From assembly GCA_029838195.1 (NCBI GenBank), contig JALGVJ010000025.1:1-53769 (forward strand): a DNA stretch of 53,769 nucleotides, read 5' to 3'. The notes beneath the pieces are model-generated. The model saw only the letters and a list, made by a program, of their open reading frames with translations. It had not been told where the DNA came from and searched no databases. Shown one piece after another: positions 1 through 10,299 of this stretch. This DNA comes from Promethearchaeota archaeon. GTDB lineage: Archaea > Asgardarchaeota > Lokiarchaeia > Sigyniarchaeales > SOKP01. The position numbers and the translations under genes were made by a program. The number at the start of each line of letters is the position of its first letter. The stretch's first letter is position 1.

Positions 1-91
1 TACGTCTTTTGAAATGTTCAATGAGGAATCTTTAGAAGATGTGATCTTCTCATGTAAGGTAAAATAAAGAATCATCGAATTTCTTACTTAT

Positions 92-973
92 TCATGGGTT
101 TTCATGAAATGATTCTAAAATTTCATCTATATTGCTTTCTATTTTAAATTTTTTATCAAAAAATCGGCAAATATTTTCTAAGTCTCGTCGCAAGATGGAG
201 CGCGCATTAGGATGAGTAGAAGGGACGGATTGAAGCCAATCAATGATGAGGATGCGTCCCTCCTCATCCACGATAACATTAAATTCTCCAAGGTCGCCAT
301 GAATTAATCCTGCTTCTAAATAAATGATGCGCACTTGTTCAATGATCTCATTGAAAAGATATTCCGGATCATCAACCTTTTTGTAATAATAAAGCTCCTT
401 ACCTCTTAAATATTCCATAACAATGGTATGACGATTTACGGCTATTGGTTTGGGAGTATCAAGGTTTAATTCATGGATTTTCTTTAATGCATCATATTCT
501 TTATGAGCAGCAAGGCGATTCACATATAGCCACGAATAATGCGTTCGCTCACCTACGATATTTCTTAGTCTCTTAATTTGCTTGAAGCTAGTGCGGCCGA
601 TTCTGTACATTTTTAGGGCATATATATTCTGAGCATCATCCATGCAACCATACACGTCAGATTCTTTTCCCTTGCCAATGGCCGGACCCAACTGACTGAT
701 GATGTTTTTCTCCACTAATGCATGAAGGGCTAAAAGATCGTACCCAATCGAGTTTAGGGTAAATCCAATTTCATTCGTTGAGGAGTCTCTGATGATTAAA
801 TCTTGTTTATGGACTTTCTTGAGACGGTAAAGGGTTTCTTCCATGGGATAACGAGCATAAAACCTAATGTCTTCTATGGGAACGAATTCTGAGCGCACCA
901 TTCCTCGCTCAATTGCCATGAGAATGCGTAAATCTTCTTTCTCCAATTTTGGAAGAATCCTTGCCGCTCGCAC
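92..973 (-). CDS. rio2: RIO2-type atypical Ser/Thr kinase (ribosome biogenesis)
   Basis: N-terminal wHTH (DLRILMAIERGM, GYDLLAL), GKGKESDVY P-loop, IHGDLGEFNV catalytic loop, IIDWLQ. GTG start. Confidence 0.95.
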   Translation of the reverse strand: MRAARILPKLEKEDLRILMAIERGMVRSEFVPIEDIRFYARYPMEETLYRLKKVHKQDLIIRDSSTNEIGFTLNSIGYDLLALHALVEKNIISQLGPAIGKGKESDVYGCMDDAQNIYALKMYRIGRTSFKQIKRLRNIVGERTHYSWLYVNRLAAHKEYDALKKIHELNLDTPKPIAVNRHTIVMEYLRGKELYYYKKVDDPEYLFNEIIEQVRIIYLEAGLIHGDLGEFNVIVDEEGRILIIDWLQSVPSTHPNARSILRRDLENICRFFDKKFKIESNIDEILESFHENP

Positions 974-1137
974 ATGTTAAATTAAGTTTCAAGCCTTAAA
1001 AGATTTTATCATTAAGAGAAATACCCTAGTATTAACTTTATTCTAAGGCGCTAGAATAAGATCTTCCTTATTTTTTTAGAGGTAAATAAATTGAAACATA
1101 TGGGATTATGTTCCTGAAACTCTAAAAAAGAAATGTT

Positions 1138-2022
1138 TTAGCGGGAAAGATTTTCCGCGCTTTTTTCATTTTCTACTTTATTGTCCAGAAAAAATTCCAA
1201 AAATATGAATTCTTTATATACCTTATAGAAATTTCTTAATTTCAAGCCATTTGGCACTTCAAAAATGAGAGTGGGAAGTAAAATGGCTGTAATTAACAAA
1301 GAAATATCGATAATAGAAATGTAATAAATATATTGAGTAGAAGGTTCTTGAAACGCAAACAAGAATATCCCTTGGGAGAGATATAACACGATTCCCGTGC
1401 TAATGAGGAGCCCCACTCCCGAAAAGATGACAGCTTCAAAATCTTGCTCCCAAGCACTAATGATTGTCATGATCAAAAATGCTCCTGCCGTAACTACATA
1501 TAACCACATAGAAATATTAATCCAAAAATTGTATGTACTTGCGCTCACGACCACATTTCCGTTCGAGGAAGGCCAACTATAGGAGAGAAATAAATTTATT
1601 ACCGCTGCAATCGGCAGGATTAATGATAATATTGTTAGGAAAAAATAGAGCCGAACCGTAGTCAGATGAGTAAAAATGAGTTTTGCCTTTTCTTCTTCCT
1701 CTTCTAACCCTAATAACATTTGATCTATCTGCTTTTGGACGTGTTCAGGCACCTTCTCTTCGAGAAATTTAATTTCGAGAAATTCCGCCGGATATTTTGA
1801 AAGTAATCTTTGAATCGACTCTTTTGCTTTTTCTCGTTTTTGTGGAGTGGTCTTCGGCCCATTCCATAAGTATGCGATTCTTACGTTCTCATCAAGAAGG
1901 ACACACGAATCATGAAGCAAGAGATTTTCTTCTTCTTCTATCCAATTTTCATTTTTTTCATTAAAAATGAAAGTTCTCAACATTATTATCTCCTCTTCTC
2001 GTGAAAAAATGAATTCATCCAT
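1138..2022 (-). CDS. Membrane protein with N-terminal gelsolin-like domain and about 4 C-terminal TM helices
   Basis: LLLHDSCVLLDENVRIAYLWNGPKTT...KAKESIQRL...EEKVPEH fits the gelsolin repeat pattern (LxxxDxxxL...YxWxG). An acidic linker and four long hydrophobic segments follow. The start may be ATG at 1983. Confidence 0.6.
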   Translation of the reverse strand: MDEFIFSREEEIIMLRTFIFNEKNENWIEEEENLLLHDSCVLLDENVRIAYLWNGPKTTPQKREKAKESIQRLLSKYPAEFLEIKFLEEKVPEHVQKQIDQMLLGLEEEEEKAKLIFTHLTTVRLYFFLTILSLILPIAAVINLFLSYSWPSSNGNVVVSASTYNFWINISMWLYVVTAGAFLIMTIISAWEQDFEAVIFSGVGLLISTGIVLYLSQGIFLFAFQEPSTQYIYYISIIDISLLITAILLPTLIFEVPNGLKLRNFYKVYKEFIFLEFFLDNKVENEKSAENLSR

Positions 2023-2128
2023 GATAATAAACGAAAATAAATAAAAGAAGTTTAGTAAAAAATTAATGAAAGGAAGGGAATTTAATAAACCACATCCATG
2101 ATTAATGATTCCATTTCACGTGGTTTTT

Positions 2129-3025
2129 TCAATTCTCAATCCGTTTTTTTATTTTTTCCCACAACTCAGAAATATAAGAATGATATTCCTCAATTTCAGC
2201 AGGAGTTATTTTTTTAAACCGTCCTTGCTTTTTAAGATATTCTTCAATGGGTAATCGCTTGGTAGGATCAAGATACTTCATGCTTGAATGTGAAAGCTTG
2301 AATTTTCCTTGCTCGACTTCGTATAAAGGCCAGAATCCCGTCTGCACGGCTAATTTCCCTATTTTTATCGTGTCTTTCGGGTCATATCCCCATCCTGGAG
2401 GACATGGCGAATGTATGTGAATATACCGCGTGCCCTTAATATCTCTTGCTTTCTTGAATTTTTCATAGATGTCTAAAGGATAAGCGGCACTCGTCGTGGC
2501 CACGTAAGGAATACCATGAACCTCCAATATTCCCGGCATGTCCTTCTTTCTCTGAGTTTTACCTTGTGGAGTGGTCGTGCTAAAGGCTCCAGGAGGCGTG
2601 GACCCACTTCTCTGAACGCCCGTATTCATGTATGCTTCATTATCATAGCAAGCATAAATAAAATTTGTCCCGCGCTCGGCAGCTCCGCTCAAGCTCTGAA
2701 TTCCTATATCTGTCGTGCCCCCGTCGCCAGCAAAAGCCACCACGCAAATCTCCTCTTCTAAATTCTTTGCTTCTAAAGAGGCTACTATTCCGGAGGCAGA
2801 AGCGCCTGTTGTGGCAAAAGGGGTGTGAAGCACTGAAACTTTCGTAGTGCAAAAACCTTGCATGCCGTGTAATACTGTCAAGCAGCTTGCTGGTACGGTG
2901 ATTATTGTTTTTGGTCCTAATGCTTTTAAGGCCATTCGATACACCAATGCCATTCCGCAACCCGAACAAGCACGCGTGCCGGGATATATATATTCTTCTT
3001 CCGGAAGATCCATGACGTTAACCAT
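2129..3025 (-). CDS. porB: Pyruvate/2-oxoacid:ferredoxin oxidoreductase beta subunit
   Basis: ACSGCG, TPP motif GDGG...YDNEAYMNTG, SPCPPGW. Confidence 0.93.
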   Translation of the reverse strand: MVNVMDLPEEEYIYPGTRACSGCGMALVYRMALKALGPKTIITVPASCLTVLHGMQGFCTTKVSVLHTPFATTGASASGIVASLEAKNLEEEICVVAFAGDGGTTDIGIQSLSGAAERGTNFIYACYDNEAYMNTGVQRSGSTPPGAFSTTTPQGKTQRKKDMPGILEVHGIPYVATTSAAYPLDIYEKFKKARDIKGTRYIHIHSPCPPGWGYDPKDTIKIGKLAVQTGFWPLYEVEQGKFKLSHSSMKYLDPTKRLPIEEYLKKQGRFKKITPAEIEEYHSYISELWEKIKKRIEN

Positions 3026-4307
3026 TTTTTCTTTCCTCCTCTTTAAGAAAATCTAATTCATTTAATTTTAATCCTAAATAATCCGTTTGTAGGTATATTT
3101 TTCCTTCTTTTGCCTCTTTAAGTGCCCTTTCCACACCTTCTTTAATCTGGTCATTAATAATATCTCTTCCGCCCAATCCAACAATGAAACCCTTAATAAA
3201 TGGAGGGTTTTTCAAGCCATAAAGAGATGCCTTCAATTCATAAGCTAGCACTCCCTCAAACCCATATCCTATATCTCTATCAAACACGATAATATTATCA
3301 AACTTCTTTAATTCTTCTCGCAATATTTCTCTCGGAAAAGGTCTAAAAAGGCGAAGGCTTACTAGCCCTATTTTTAAACCGTCTTTTCTCAACTGTTTGA
3401 CAACGAGCCTGCTCTGAGAAGCCACGGAACCCATGGCAAAAATGATAGTTTTGGCATCGTCCGTCATGCATGTCTTGTAAATTCCGTTTCCAATCGTCCT
3501 GCCAAATCTCTCACTAAATTCGTCATGAACCTCTTTAATGATTGGTATAGAATTTTCAAGCGCTCTCTGGAGCGAATATCGATACTCAAAATAACCTGGT
3601 GCCGTTCCTTCTTCTCGCTTCACTACATGAGGGGTGGTAACGGGGTCCACGCCTTTTACGTGCGATATATCTGATAGATTAATGTGGTGTTTTAAAGGAG
3701 GTAAAAAGGCATCGATCTCTGCTTGTTGTTCCAAGCGTACGGGCATTAACGTGTGGGATAAAATGTATCCATCATACCCAATAATTACGGGTAAAAAAAC
3801 TCGGGAATCTTCAGCTATTTTAAAGGCTTGTAAGTTGGTATCATAGATCTCCTGATTATTTTCACAAAAAAGTTGGATCCAGCCAACATCCCTCACTGTA
3901 ATGAAATCTTGATGGTCCGTCCATACAGACCAGGGAGCTCCCGTTGCTCTCGTGGCTATATTAATTATGATGGGTAATCGATTTCCTGCGGCCCAAGGCA
4001 GCAGTTCATACATCAACATGAGACCATGCGATGACGTGGCGGTACCTACTCTTGAGCCCGTGGCGGAAGCGGCACAACAAGCTGCTGCTGCAGAATGTTC
4101 GGATTCTACGAGCAAGAATTGCGCTTTCAACTTTCCATCTTGGATGAATTCGGCAATTTTTTCTACCAACGGAGATTGGGGCGTGATGGGATAAGCAGAC
4201 ACGACTTCGACTCTAGCCTGTCGGAAGGCATGAGCGGCCGCATGATTTCCCGATAAAATCAAGGTAGTGTTTTCTTCTGCTTCCATTTGGGATTCTATCG
4301 TGGTCAT
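3018..4307 (-). CDS. porA: Pyruvate/2-oxoacid:ferredoxin oxidoreductase alpha subunit
   Basis: SGNHAAA, YPITPQ, VESEHSA, TATSSHG. Start moved to ATG 4307, which overlaps the porD stop (ATGA); the track starts at 4370. Confidence 0.93.
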   Translation of the reverse strand: MTTIESQMEAEENTTLILSGNHAAAHAFRQARVEVVSAYPITPQSPLVEKIAEFIQDGKLKAQFLLVESEHSAAAACCAASATGSRVGTATSSHGLMLMYELLPWAAGNRLPIIINIATRATGAPWSVWTDHQDFITVRDVGWIQLFCENNQEIYDTNLQAFKIAEDSRVFLPVIIGYDGYILSHTLMPVRLEQQAEIDAFLPPLKHHINLSDISHVKGVDPVTTPHVVKREEGTAPGYFEYRYSLQRALENSIPIIKEVHDEFSERFGRTIGNGIYKTCMTDDAKTIIFAMGSVASQSRLVVKQLRKDGLKIGLVSLRLFRPFPREILREELKKFDNIIVFDRDIGYGFEGVLAYELKASLYGLKNPPFIKGFIVGLGGRDIINDQIKEGVERALKEAKEGKIYLQTDYLGLKLNELDFLKEEERKNG

Positions 4308-4603
4308 TCTAACTCTACCTCTTCCATTGTAATTGCTTTTACAGGACATTCTTCCATGCAAATAGCACATCCCTTACAATAATTAAAATCTATTTTTGGA
4401 GGAATAATTCTTTCAATGACCGCTTCAGGACAATATAGCCAGCATGTAAAGCAACTGGGTTTTCCTGATCGTGCTGGTATGCATTTTTCCACGTTGATGA
4501 TGGGTTTTAACTTGCTCCATGAGCCCGTTTTTCCTGCTTCTCCAATCACGCTTTTTTGTACGGAACTGAGTATTTTTTGGTAATCTTTTTTTGAGTCCTT
4601 CAT
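4304..4603 (-). CDS. porD: 2-oxoacid:ferredoxin oxidoreductase delta (ferredoxin-like) subunit
   Basis: KTGSW..KP, C..CFTCWLYCP and CKGCAICMEECP 4Fe-4S motifs. ATG 4603 preferred over TTG 4636. Confidence 0.92.
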   Translation of the reverse strand: MKDSKKDYQKILSSVQKSVIGEAGKTGSWSKLKPIINVEKCIPARSGKPSCFTCWLYCPEAVIERIIPPKIDFNYCKGCAICMEECPVKAITMEEVELE

Positions 4604-4775
4604 GATTCGTAGAGATATTTTTTTTATTAAATCCAATTATTTATTGTTTGAAACGAATATGACTTTAAAATTCTTATGATTTGAAAAATTAAATAAGATA
4701 CATGATATACAAGAAAGGTATTAATTTCACCATTTTATCCTTGTTCTTAAACAATTTCCGCACTATAAACTGAAC

Positions 4776-5378
4776 TTATCCACTTATTCTCATGATTTCC
4801 AAGCTTTTTTCCATGAGCTCAATGTTTTTTTTCCCAATAATCTCTCCAAAATATTTCAGGACGATTGCTTTCAAGTCGCTCATGGAAATTTCCGGTATGG
4901 CTTTCGTTAATAATCCTAAGATCGGAACATTCACGACCAGAATACCTTCCACGATTAAATCATGGGTCATGGCGAGTTGGCTCACGTCTGCCACGATTAT
5001 TTTGACACCATCATTCAATTCAAAATTATCGATGAAATACTGTGGGTCTTTATTGGTATTAATTATCATGATCCCGTTGTTATTGATGGATTTAACGATC
5101 TGGGGCGTGATGATGGTCTCATCTAACACGATAACTATATCGGGATGTTCAATTTGCGCCCTATCCCAAATCACCTCCTTTTTAGATAATTTAGCAAATG
5201 CCTGAACCGGAGCGCCCCTTCTTTCAGCTCCAAAAGAGGGATAGGCATGAACATCCGTGAATTTTCCGCTATTAAAGGCGGCTTCTGCGATTATTTGCGA
5301 AGCGGTCACGCCTCCTTGCCCACCTCGGCCATGAATGATTATATTAATGAGTTCATTCGCTTCTTCCTCACGTGTCAT
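4776..5378 (-). CDS. porG: 2-oxoacid:ferredoxin oxidoreductase gamma subunit
   Basis: HGRGGQGGVTA, PSFGAERRGAPV. Confidence 0.93.
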   Translation of the reverse strand: MTREEEANELINIIIHGRGGQGGVTASQIIAEAAFNSGKFTDVHAYPSFGAERRGAPVQAFAKLSKKEVIWDRAQIEHPDIVIVLDETIITPQIVKSINNNGIMIINTNKDPQYFIDNFELNDGVKIIVADVSQLAMTHDLIVEGILVVNVPILGLLTKAIPEISMSDLKAIVLKYFGEIIGKKNIELMEKSLEIMRISG

Positions 5379-5580
5379 GAGTCTTTCCTTAATATCATCT
5401 CTTTAAATAAAAGAAAGTTCCTTTTAAGAAAAAATCCTTCCAAGAATTAAAAATTTTTCATTATTTTTATTCAAGCCTCATGGACGGGAAAAAATTTTCA
5501 TGGTTTTTCCCTTGAGGAAAAAAACTAATAATTATGAAATGCAAATAATTTATTATAATATTATGAATCGGTGGAGATGA

Positions 5581-6414
5581 ATGAACGGGTCCGATGATCT
5601 TCATTTTTTTGAAGGAAGAGAACGTCGTCGATTGTTTTACCAACAATGGATGTCTCGCTCGCATGTCAAGGCTCACGTGATCGGGCTTCATGACCTTGCT
5701 TCGCACTCGGACAGGTTTAAATTAATAGCAGACTATTTAACAGAGAAAGGGTACGCTTTTCATGCGCTGGATTTACGAGGACATTATCGCAGCAAGGGCG
5801 AGATTGCGGGAGAAATTGATAGTATGGATCATTTAGAAAAAGATTTAGTATTATTCCTCGATTTCCTGAAAAATCAAGAGAAAAATGAGAAATTCTTCAT
5901 ATTAGGACATGGATTTGGCGCTTTAATAGGGCTCATGTACGCCATCCGCCATCCCGATTTGCCGGGCATCATTGCATGTGCACCAGACCTTGGAACAGTT
6001 AAAAAGATCAAAATGGGCAAAAAATTGGTGAAAAAAATAAGTAACCGCTTGTCCCAATCCATTTCTTGGGAAATTAATCAAAATTTACTGACCAGTGATT
6101 TGAAAATTCTCAAGCAATTTATTAAAGACAAGAACGTGTTAACCTCCATCACCCTAAATACGGCATCAGAGAAAAAAAAAATGCAAAAATGGGTTCTGTC
6201 CCGTGAACATATGCTTGAATGCCCAATTCTCATTCTCCTAGGTGGAAATGACAAGATCGTGGATGGGAAAAAAATAGAACATTTTTTTAACAATATTAAA
6301 AGTCCTGATAAGACCCTCAAAAAATATGAGGGATTCCTACACGACCTCTTAAATGAAAAAAACCGAGCTCAAGTGTTTCAAGACATCCATGTTTGGCTGG
6401 AAAAACACGCATGA
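5581..6414 (+). CDS. Lysophospholipase/monoacylglycerol lipase-family alpha/beta hydrolase, nucleophile Ser absent
   Basis: DLRGH, GHGFG at the GHSxG position, Asp (DKIV) and His (LHDLLNE). Confidence 0.85.
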   Translation: MNGSDDLHFFEGRERRRLFYQQWMSRSHVKAHVIGLHDLASHSDRFKLIADYLTEKGYAFHALDLRGHYRSKGEIAGEIDSMDHLEKDLVLFLDFLKNQEKNEKFFILGHGFGALIGLMYAIRHPDLPGIIACAPDLGTVKKIKMGKKLVKKISNRLSQSISWEINQNLLTSDLKILKQFIKDKNVLTSITLNTASEKKKMQKWVLSREHMLECPILILLGGNDKIVDGKKIEHFFNNIKSPDKTLKKYEGFLHDLLNEKNRAQVFQDIHVWLEKHA

Positions 6415-6529
6415 CCCTCGAATCCCCCGCCTTCATTATTTTTTTAAATTAGAAGAAAGTAAGAAAAATCCGGCAGAAAGGTGAGAATATCACCCGTTTC
6501 CTTACTTCCCATGGAATGGAGTCTCGTGC

Positions 6530-7318
6530 CTATAAATATCTCTGATATAAATCTTGAATGAAATCCCTCCATTCCGCTTGAGATTTCTTCTTGTAAGCTT
6601 CCCTTCCACACTCATCTTCTAAATCGAAACATCGCTCTATCAGTTTTTTATTCATGATATTTAATGTTGATTTGATGAGATACATGAAAGAATCCATGCG
6701 CTTCGAAAAGGTTCTCATGAATTTCTTGGTATTGACTTCCAATTCAGAAAGAGGAAAAATCCTCGTGGGAATGTTCAAGTTTTTTAACTCTTCCAATCCA
6801 AACTCATCCGATGTGAACAAGACGTTCTTCGCCACTGGATACCCCAAAGCTAAAAGCGGCAATATTGTGGCTCCCGTTTGCGGATAGATCGATAAGGCGA
6901 TCTCCGGCATTCTAAAAAACATCTCCTCACGAGGACGATCAGCAAAAATCCGTAAATCTGCTGCTAGTACCAGTTCCATTCCATATCCTATGGCACTCCC
7001 TTGCACTTGAACTATCACCGGTTTTAACATGGTCACGATTAATTGATTGTTTAATCGCCCGTATTTCTTTAATTCTTCAAAATACTCGGGATCCTCATCC
7101 ATATTCTTAGATTTTATGTCGATGCCCGCACTGAACACGTGCATTCCTGAACTCTTGAGCAAGATGCACTTGGCTCTCTCATCTTTATCGGCTTGCTCCA
7201 AGCGATGATATAATCCTTTCATTAACTCTAAATTAAATGCGTGGACCGGCGGCCTATTCAACGTGATCGTTGCCACGCCTCCCTTAACATCATATAATAC
7301 GATATCTTCATTATTCAT
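6530..7318 (-). CDS. Enoyl-CoA hydratase/isomerase (crotonase) family
   Basis: ATITLNRP, FSAGID, GYGMELVLAAD, MPE. Confidence 0.92.
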   Translation of the reverse strand: MNNEDIVLYDVKGGVATITLNRPPVHAFNLELMKGLYHRLEQADKDERAKCILLKSSGMHVFSAGIDIKSKNMDEDPEYFEELKKYGRLNNQLIVTMLKPVIVQVQGSAIGYGMELVLAADLRIFADRPREEMFFRMPEIALSIYPQTGATILPLLALGYPVAKNVLFTSDEFGLEELKNLNIPTRIFPLSELEVNTKKFMRTFSKRMDSFMYLIKSTLNIMNKKLIERCFDLEDECGREAYKKKSQAEWRDFIQDLYQRYL

Positions 7319-7459
7319 GCATTATCATAACATGAAATTTTAAAAAAAGTTTCTATCCTCCCCTAAACCCCATCAACATTTTGTAAATTTAATAATAAAA
7401 ATTATATATAAAAAAAATGAATTAATATTTACCAATATTTTTTAGATTGTGGAAAAATC

Positions 7460-10198
7460 ATGAAACCTAAAAAACTTAGTTCCTACATCATGATCATTTG
7501 TCTCATTGCCCTCTTTACTTGTAGCATGAGCATGTATTTCCTCATCCTTCCCACAAGAGGAGAATCAACCGCAGAAAAAAAACAAGTCCTCGTCCTTTCC
7601 GAAGGAGAGGATACCTTATTCGTGCAAAGTTTAAGGGTAGATGAAGACAACTTCGAGGTGATCGTTGGCGATATCTCATTAATTGATTCCGCCGATATCG
7701 TCATCCTTTTCGACGTGGACCTGCCCTCACCTGGCAAGGCAAGACTCGTGAACTACGTGGAAAATGGAGGGGCGCTCCTCATCTTCATGGGAAATGACTT
7801 GCACGCTGATCCTTCGTTATTATTAGATTTGAACTTGCTGACCACTACGAATTTTGAAATAAACGAAGAAACTCATCTTTTCATCGTGCGTGATGAAAAT
7901 CATCCTATCGGTAAGAATATTGATTGGAATTCAGCCCCAAATATGAAAGTTGATAGCATGACAAGAATTCCCCTTCAAAGTTTCAACCCGTCTGCCCAGC
8001 CCATTGTTGATACTTATCCTGTCTCTCAAAATCTTGCCATCGATGAATATCGGCAGCCCATTTTGGTGGAAATGAGCCGTGGGAAAGGAGATATCCTCTT
8101 TTTTGCCGGTTGGCTTGAAGAAGGTTATAACAAGGATTTCAAACTCTGGCCCTATTTTAATTACCTTCTTTATTCTATGTTGCTCGAAAGTCTAAATGAA
8201 TCCTTCGATACCTACCCCGTGTGGCCTTATTCCCCAGTTCCTCATCTTACTGACCAAATAATCCTCGCTATCATGATCATCGCTCTTGTGATATTAGCCA
8301 TCACGTTATATAAGGTCGTAAAAAAAAGATCTGCCACGAAAATGGATCAAGCAACGATTAAAGCATTAGAACGCATTGCTGAAGAAGAAGAAAAAAGAAA
8401 ACTGGAAGAAGCAAGAGCTCTTGAAGAAAAATTAGAAAAACACGTGGATTTAAAAGATGATTGGGAGGTCATCGGCATCCATCGTCAGCTCGGAGGATTC
8501 CTTTTTACCCTCTTTATTGGCCTCATCATCGTTATCCCCCAATTATTAGTCTCCAATTTCGTCATGCCTCAAATCATACAACCCTACCCCCAAGCCGCCG
8601 GATGGTATTATCTCACCTATAATATATTTCAAATCGCTTGGCTTCTCTTCGATTTTGGAACCTCCTATGCCTTGGCTAAATATTTTTCCCAATATCGGGT
8701 GAAAAACCCTGAAAAAGCCATTCATTACATTCAGATTTTTGTATGGTGGCAATTATTCACGGGTCTTGTCCAAGTTTCGTTATTTGCATTTATAGGATCA
8801 TTAATCTATCCGCATACCAATTTAGCTCACATGAGCTGGATCTTCATCACCTTCTCCTTAGTCCAATACCCGGGATTCTTTCTTGTATTCATGTACACGT
8901 TTCAAGGAATGCAGCGCTCGGATTATCACTTGATCCTATATGTTGCGTGGGAAGTGGTGTTTCTCATTATAGGGCAAGTAATTTTCTGTTATCTTGGGCG
9001 ATTATGGGGGGCAGCCAATCCTGCCATAGGAGAAGCGCTAGGCGCTGGGATAGGATATTCTATTGCAAGATATTTCGATTATTGGGCGACTTTTGCATTA
9101 TCCGTGGTTATCTTTAAGAAAATGGGATTCTCACCCACAACATGCTTCAGAATCGACTTTGACAAGGAAGAATTTCGTGAAGTGATGCGCTATGGTTCCC
9201 GCCTAGCATTTGGTGAATCATTTGTTCAAATCGGATATTTCCTTCAAATCCTCATCGCAAGTGCATTCATAGCAAATTATAGCAATGAATTTGGTTATTT
9301 TCAGCTCACGTGGAACATTGGAATGATAATTCAAATCGTCACGCTTTACGGGCAATCACTCTTAGGTGCGTTTAGTGAATCCACGGCCCATGGAAAGAAA
9401 ACATTAACCAAACTTTATATTTTTCAAGCATTCCGCTGGGGAAATTATTTCGCTTACTTTTTAATCTCTGTACTTTTCGCAGTAGGGGCAAAATTCATAG
9501 TAGGAGCAGCTGGTGAGGAATATGGGGGTCCTGCGGTGCGGTTTTTGGTACCCTTACTCATTTTTCACTCGTTTGGAGTTTATTCTTGGCTGGTTGATGC
9601 GGTATTTGAGGGCACGGGCCGGACAGATTTTGCTGCTTATGTTTGGATCATCGAGCAGACTGCGCGGGCAATTTTAATGTATATTTTAGTCGTGATATTC
9701 AAAGACATGATCATGGTTTTAATAGCTTACATACCTGCGGTTTTTACAAAAGATGTGGTGTCGTGGATTATCGTGAAATACAAGATCACGGATTACAAGT
9801 TGTACATCTATAAGACCTTTATTACACCGCTTTTAGCAGCAATATGCAATTACGTGGTTTTATTTTTTATTGGAGAGCTTTTTTGGGGCATTAACATGGG
9901 AGATAAGATCATTAACACGTCGATCATTTTCATAACCGGGATTTTCCTGTTCCTTTATTTCTACGCTTTCATGGACGGCTTTTTCGGGGGATATGATCAC
10001 AATACGATTCAAGAGCTCGAGAAAGCCACCAAGATGGTTAAGGGAAAATTGGGGATTCTTTCCAAGCTGATTTACAAGGCGGCGTATGCGGGTGCGAGAA
10101 TCAGTCCTCTTCATGATAAATTCAAGATAGATATTTATGAGACGGCCATGGAAGAGGCGTATGAGCTGACGCTTGAAAAGCGGATTTTAAAAATTTAA
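7460..10198 (+). CDS. Large membrane protein: predicted extracytoplasmic alpha/beta domain fused to a MOP/MATE-like flippase domain
   Basis: N-terminal TM, soluble domain (YVENGGALLIF, GKGDILFF; class-I GATase-like), TM, charged coiled coil, then a polytopic domain (FDFGTSYALAKY, FQGMQR, FEGTGRT) typical of MOP exporters. Confidence 0.65.
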   Translation: MKPKKLSSYIMIICLIALFTCSMSMYFLILPTRGESTAEKKQVLVLSEGEDTLFVQSLRVDEDNFEVIVGDISLIDSADIVILFDVDLPSPGKARLVNYVENGGALLIFMGNDLHADPSLLLDLNLLTTTNFEINEETHLFIVRDENHPIGKNIDWNSAPNMKVDSMTRIPLQSFNPSAQPIVDTYPVSQNLAIDEYRQPILVEMSRGKGDILFFAGWLEEGYNKDFKLWPYFNYLLYSMLLESLNESFDTYPVWPYSPVPHLTDQIILAIMIIALVILAITLYKVVKKRSATKMDQATIKALERIAEEEEKRKLEEARALEEKLEKHVDLKDDWEVIGIHRQLGGFLFTLFIGLIIVIPQLLVSNFVMPQIIQPYPQAAGWYYLTYNIFQIAWLLFDFGTSYALAKYFSQYRVKNPEKAIHYIQIFVWWQLFTGLVQVSLFAFIGSLIYPHTNLAHMSWIFITFSLVQYPGFFLVFMYTFQGMQRSDYHLILYVAWEVVFLIIGQVIFCYLGRLWGAANPAIGEALGAGIGYSIARYFDYWATFALSVVIFKKMGFSPTTCFRIDFDKEEFREVMRYGSRLAFGESFVQIGYFLQILIASAFIANYSNEFGYFQLTWNIGMIIQIVTLYGQSLLGAFSESTAHGKKTLTKLYIFQAFRWGNYFAYFLISVLFAVGAKFIVGAAGEEYGGPAVRFLVPLLIFHSFGVYSWLVDAVFEGTGRTDFAAYVWIIEQTARAILMYILVVIFKDMIMVLIAYIPAVFTKDVVSWIIVKYKITDYKLYIYKTFITPLLAAICNYVVLFFIGELFWGINMGDKIINTSIIFITGIFLFLYFYAFMDGFFGGYDHNTIQELEKATKMVKGKLGILSKLIYKAAYAGARISPLHDKFKIDIYETAMEEAYELTLEKRILKI

Positions 10199-10299
10199 AT
10201 CTCATTTTTTTTTTTAGCATTATTAGAAATTTATTGATTTTCAGGGCGCTTATTCTTGCATTCTTAAAAAATATCATACATGGGAAATTTTACTTTATT

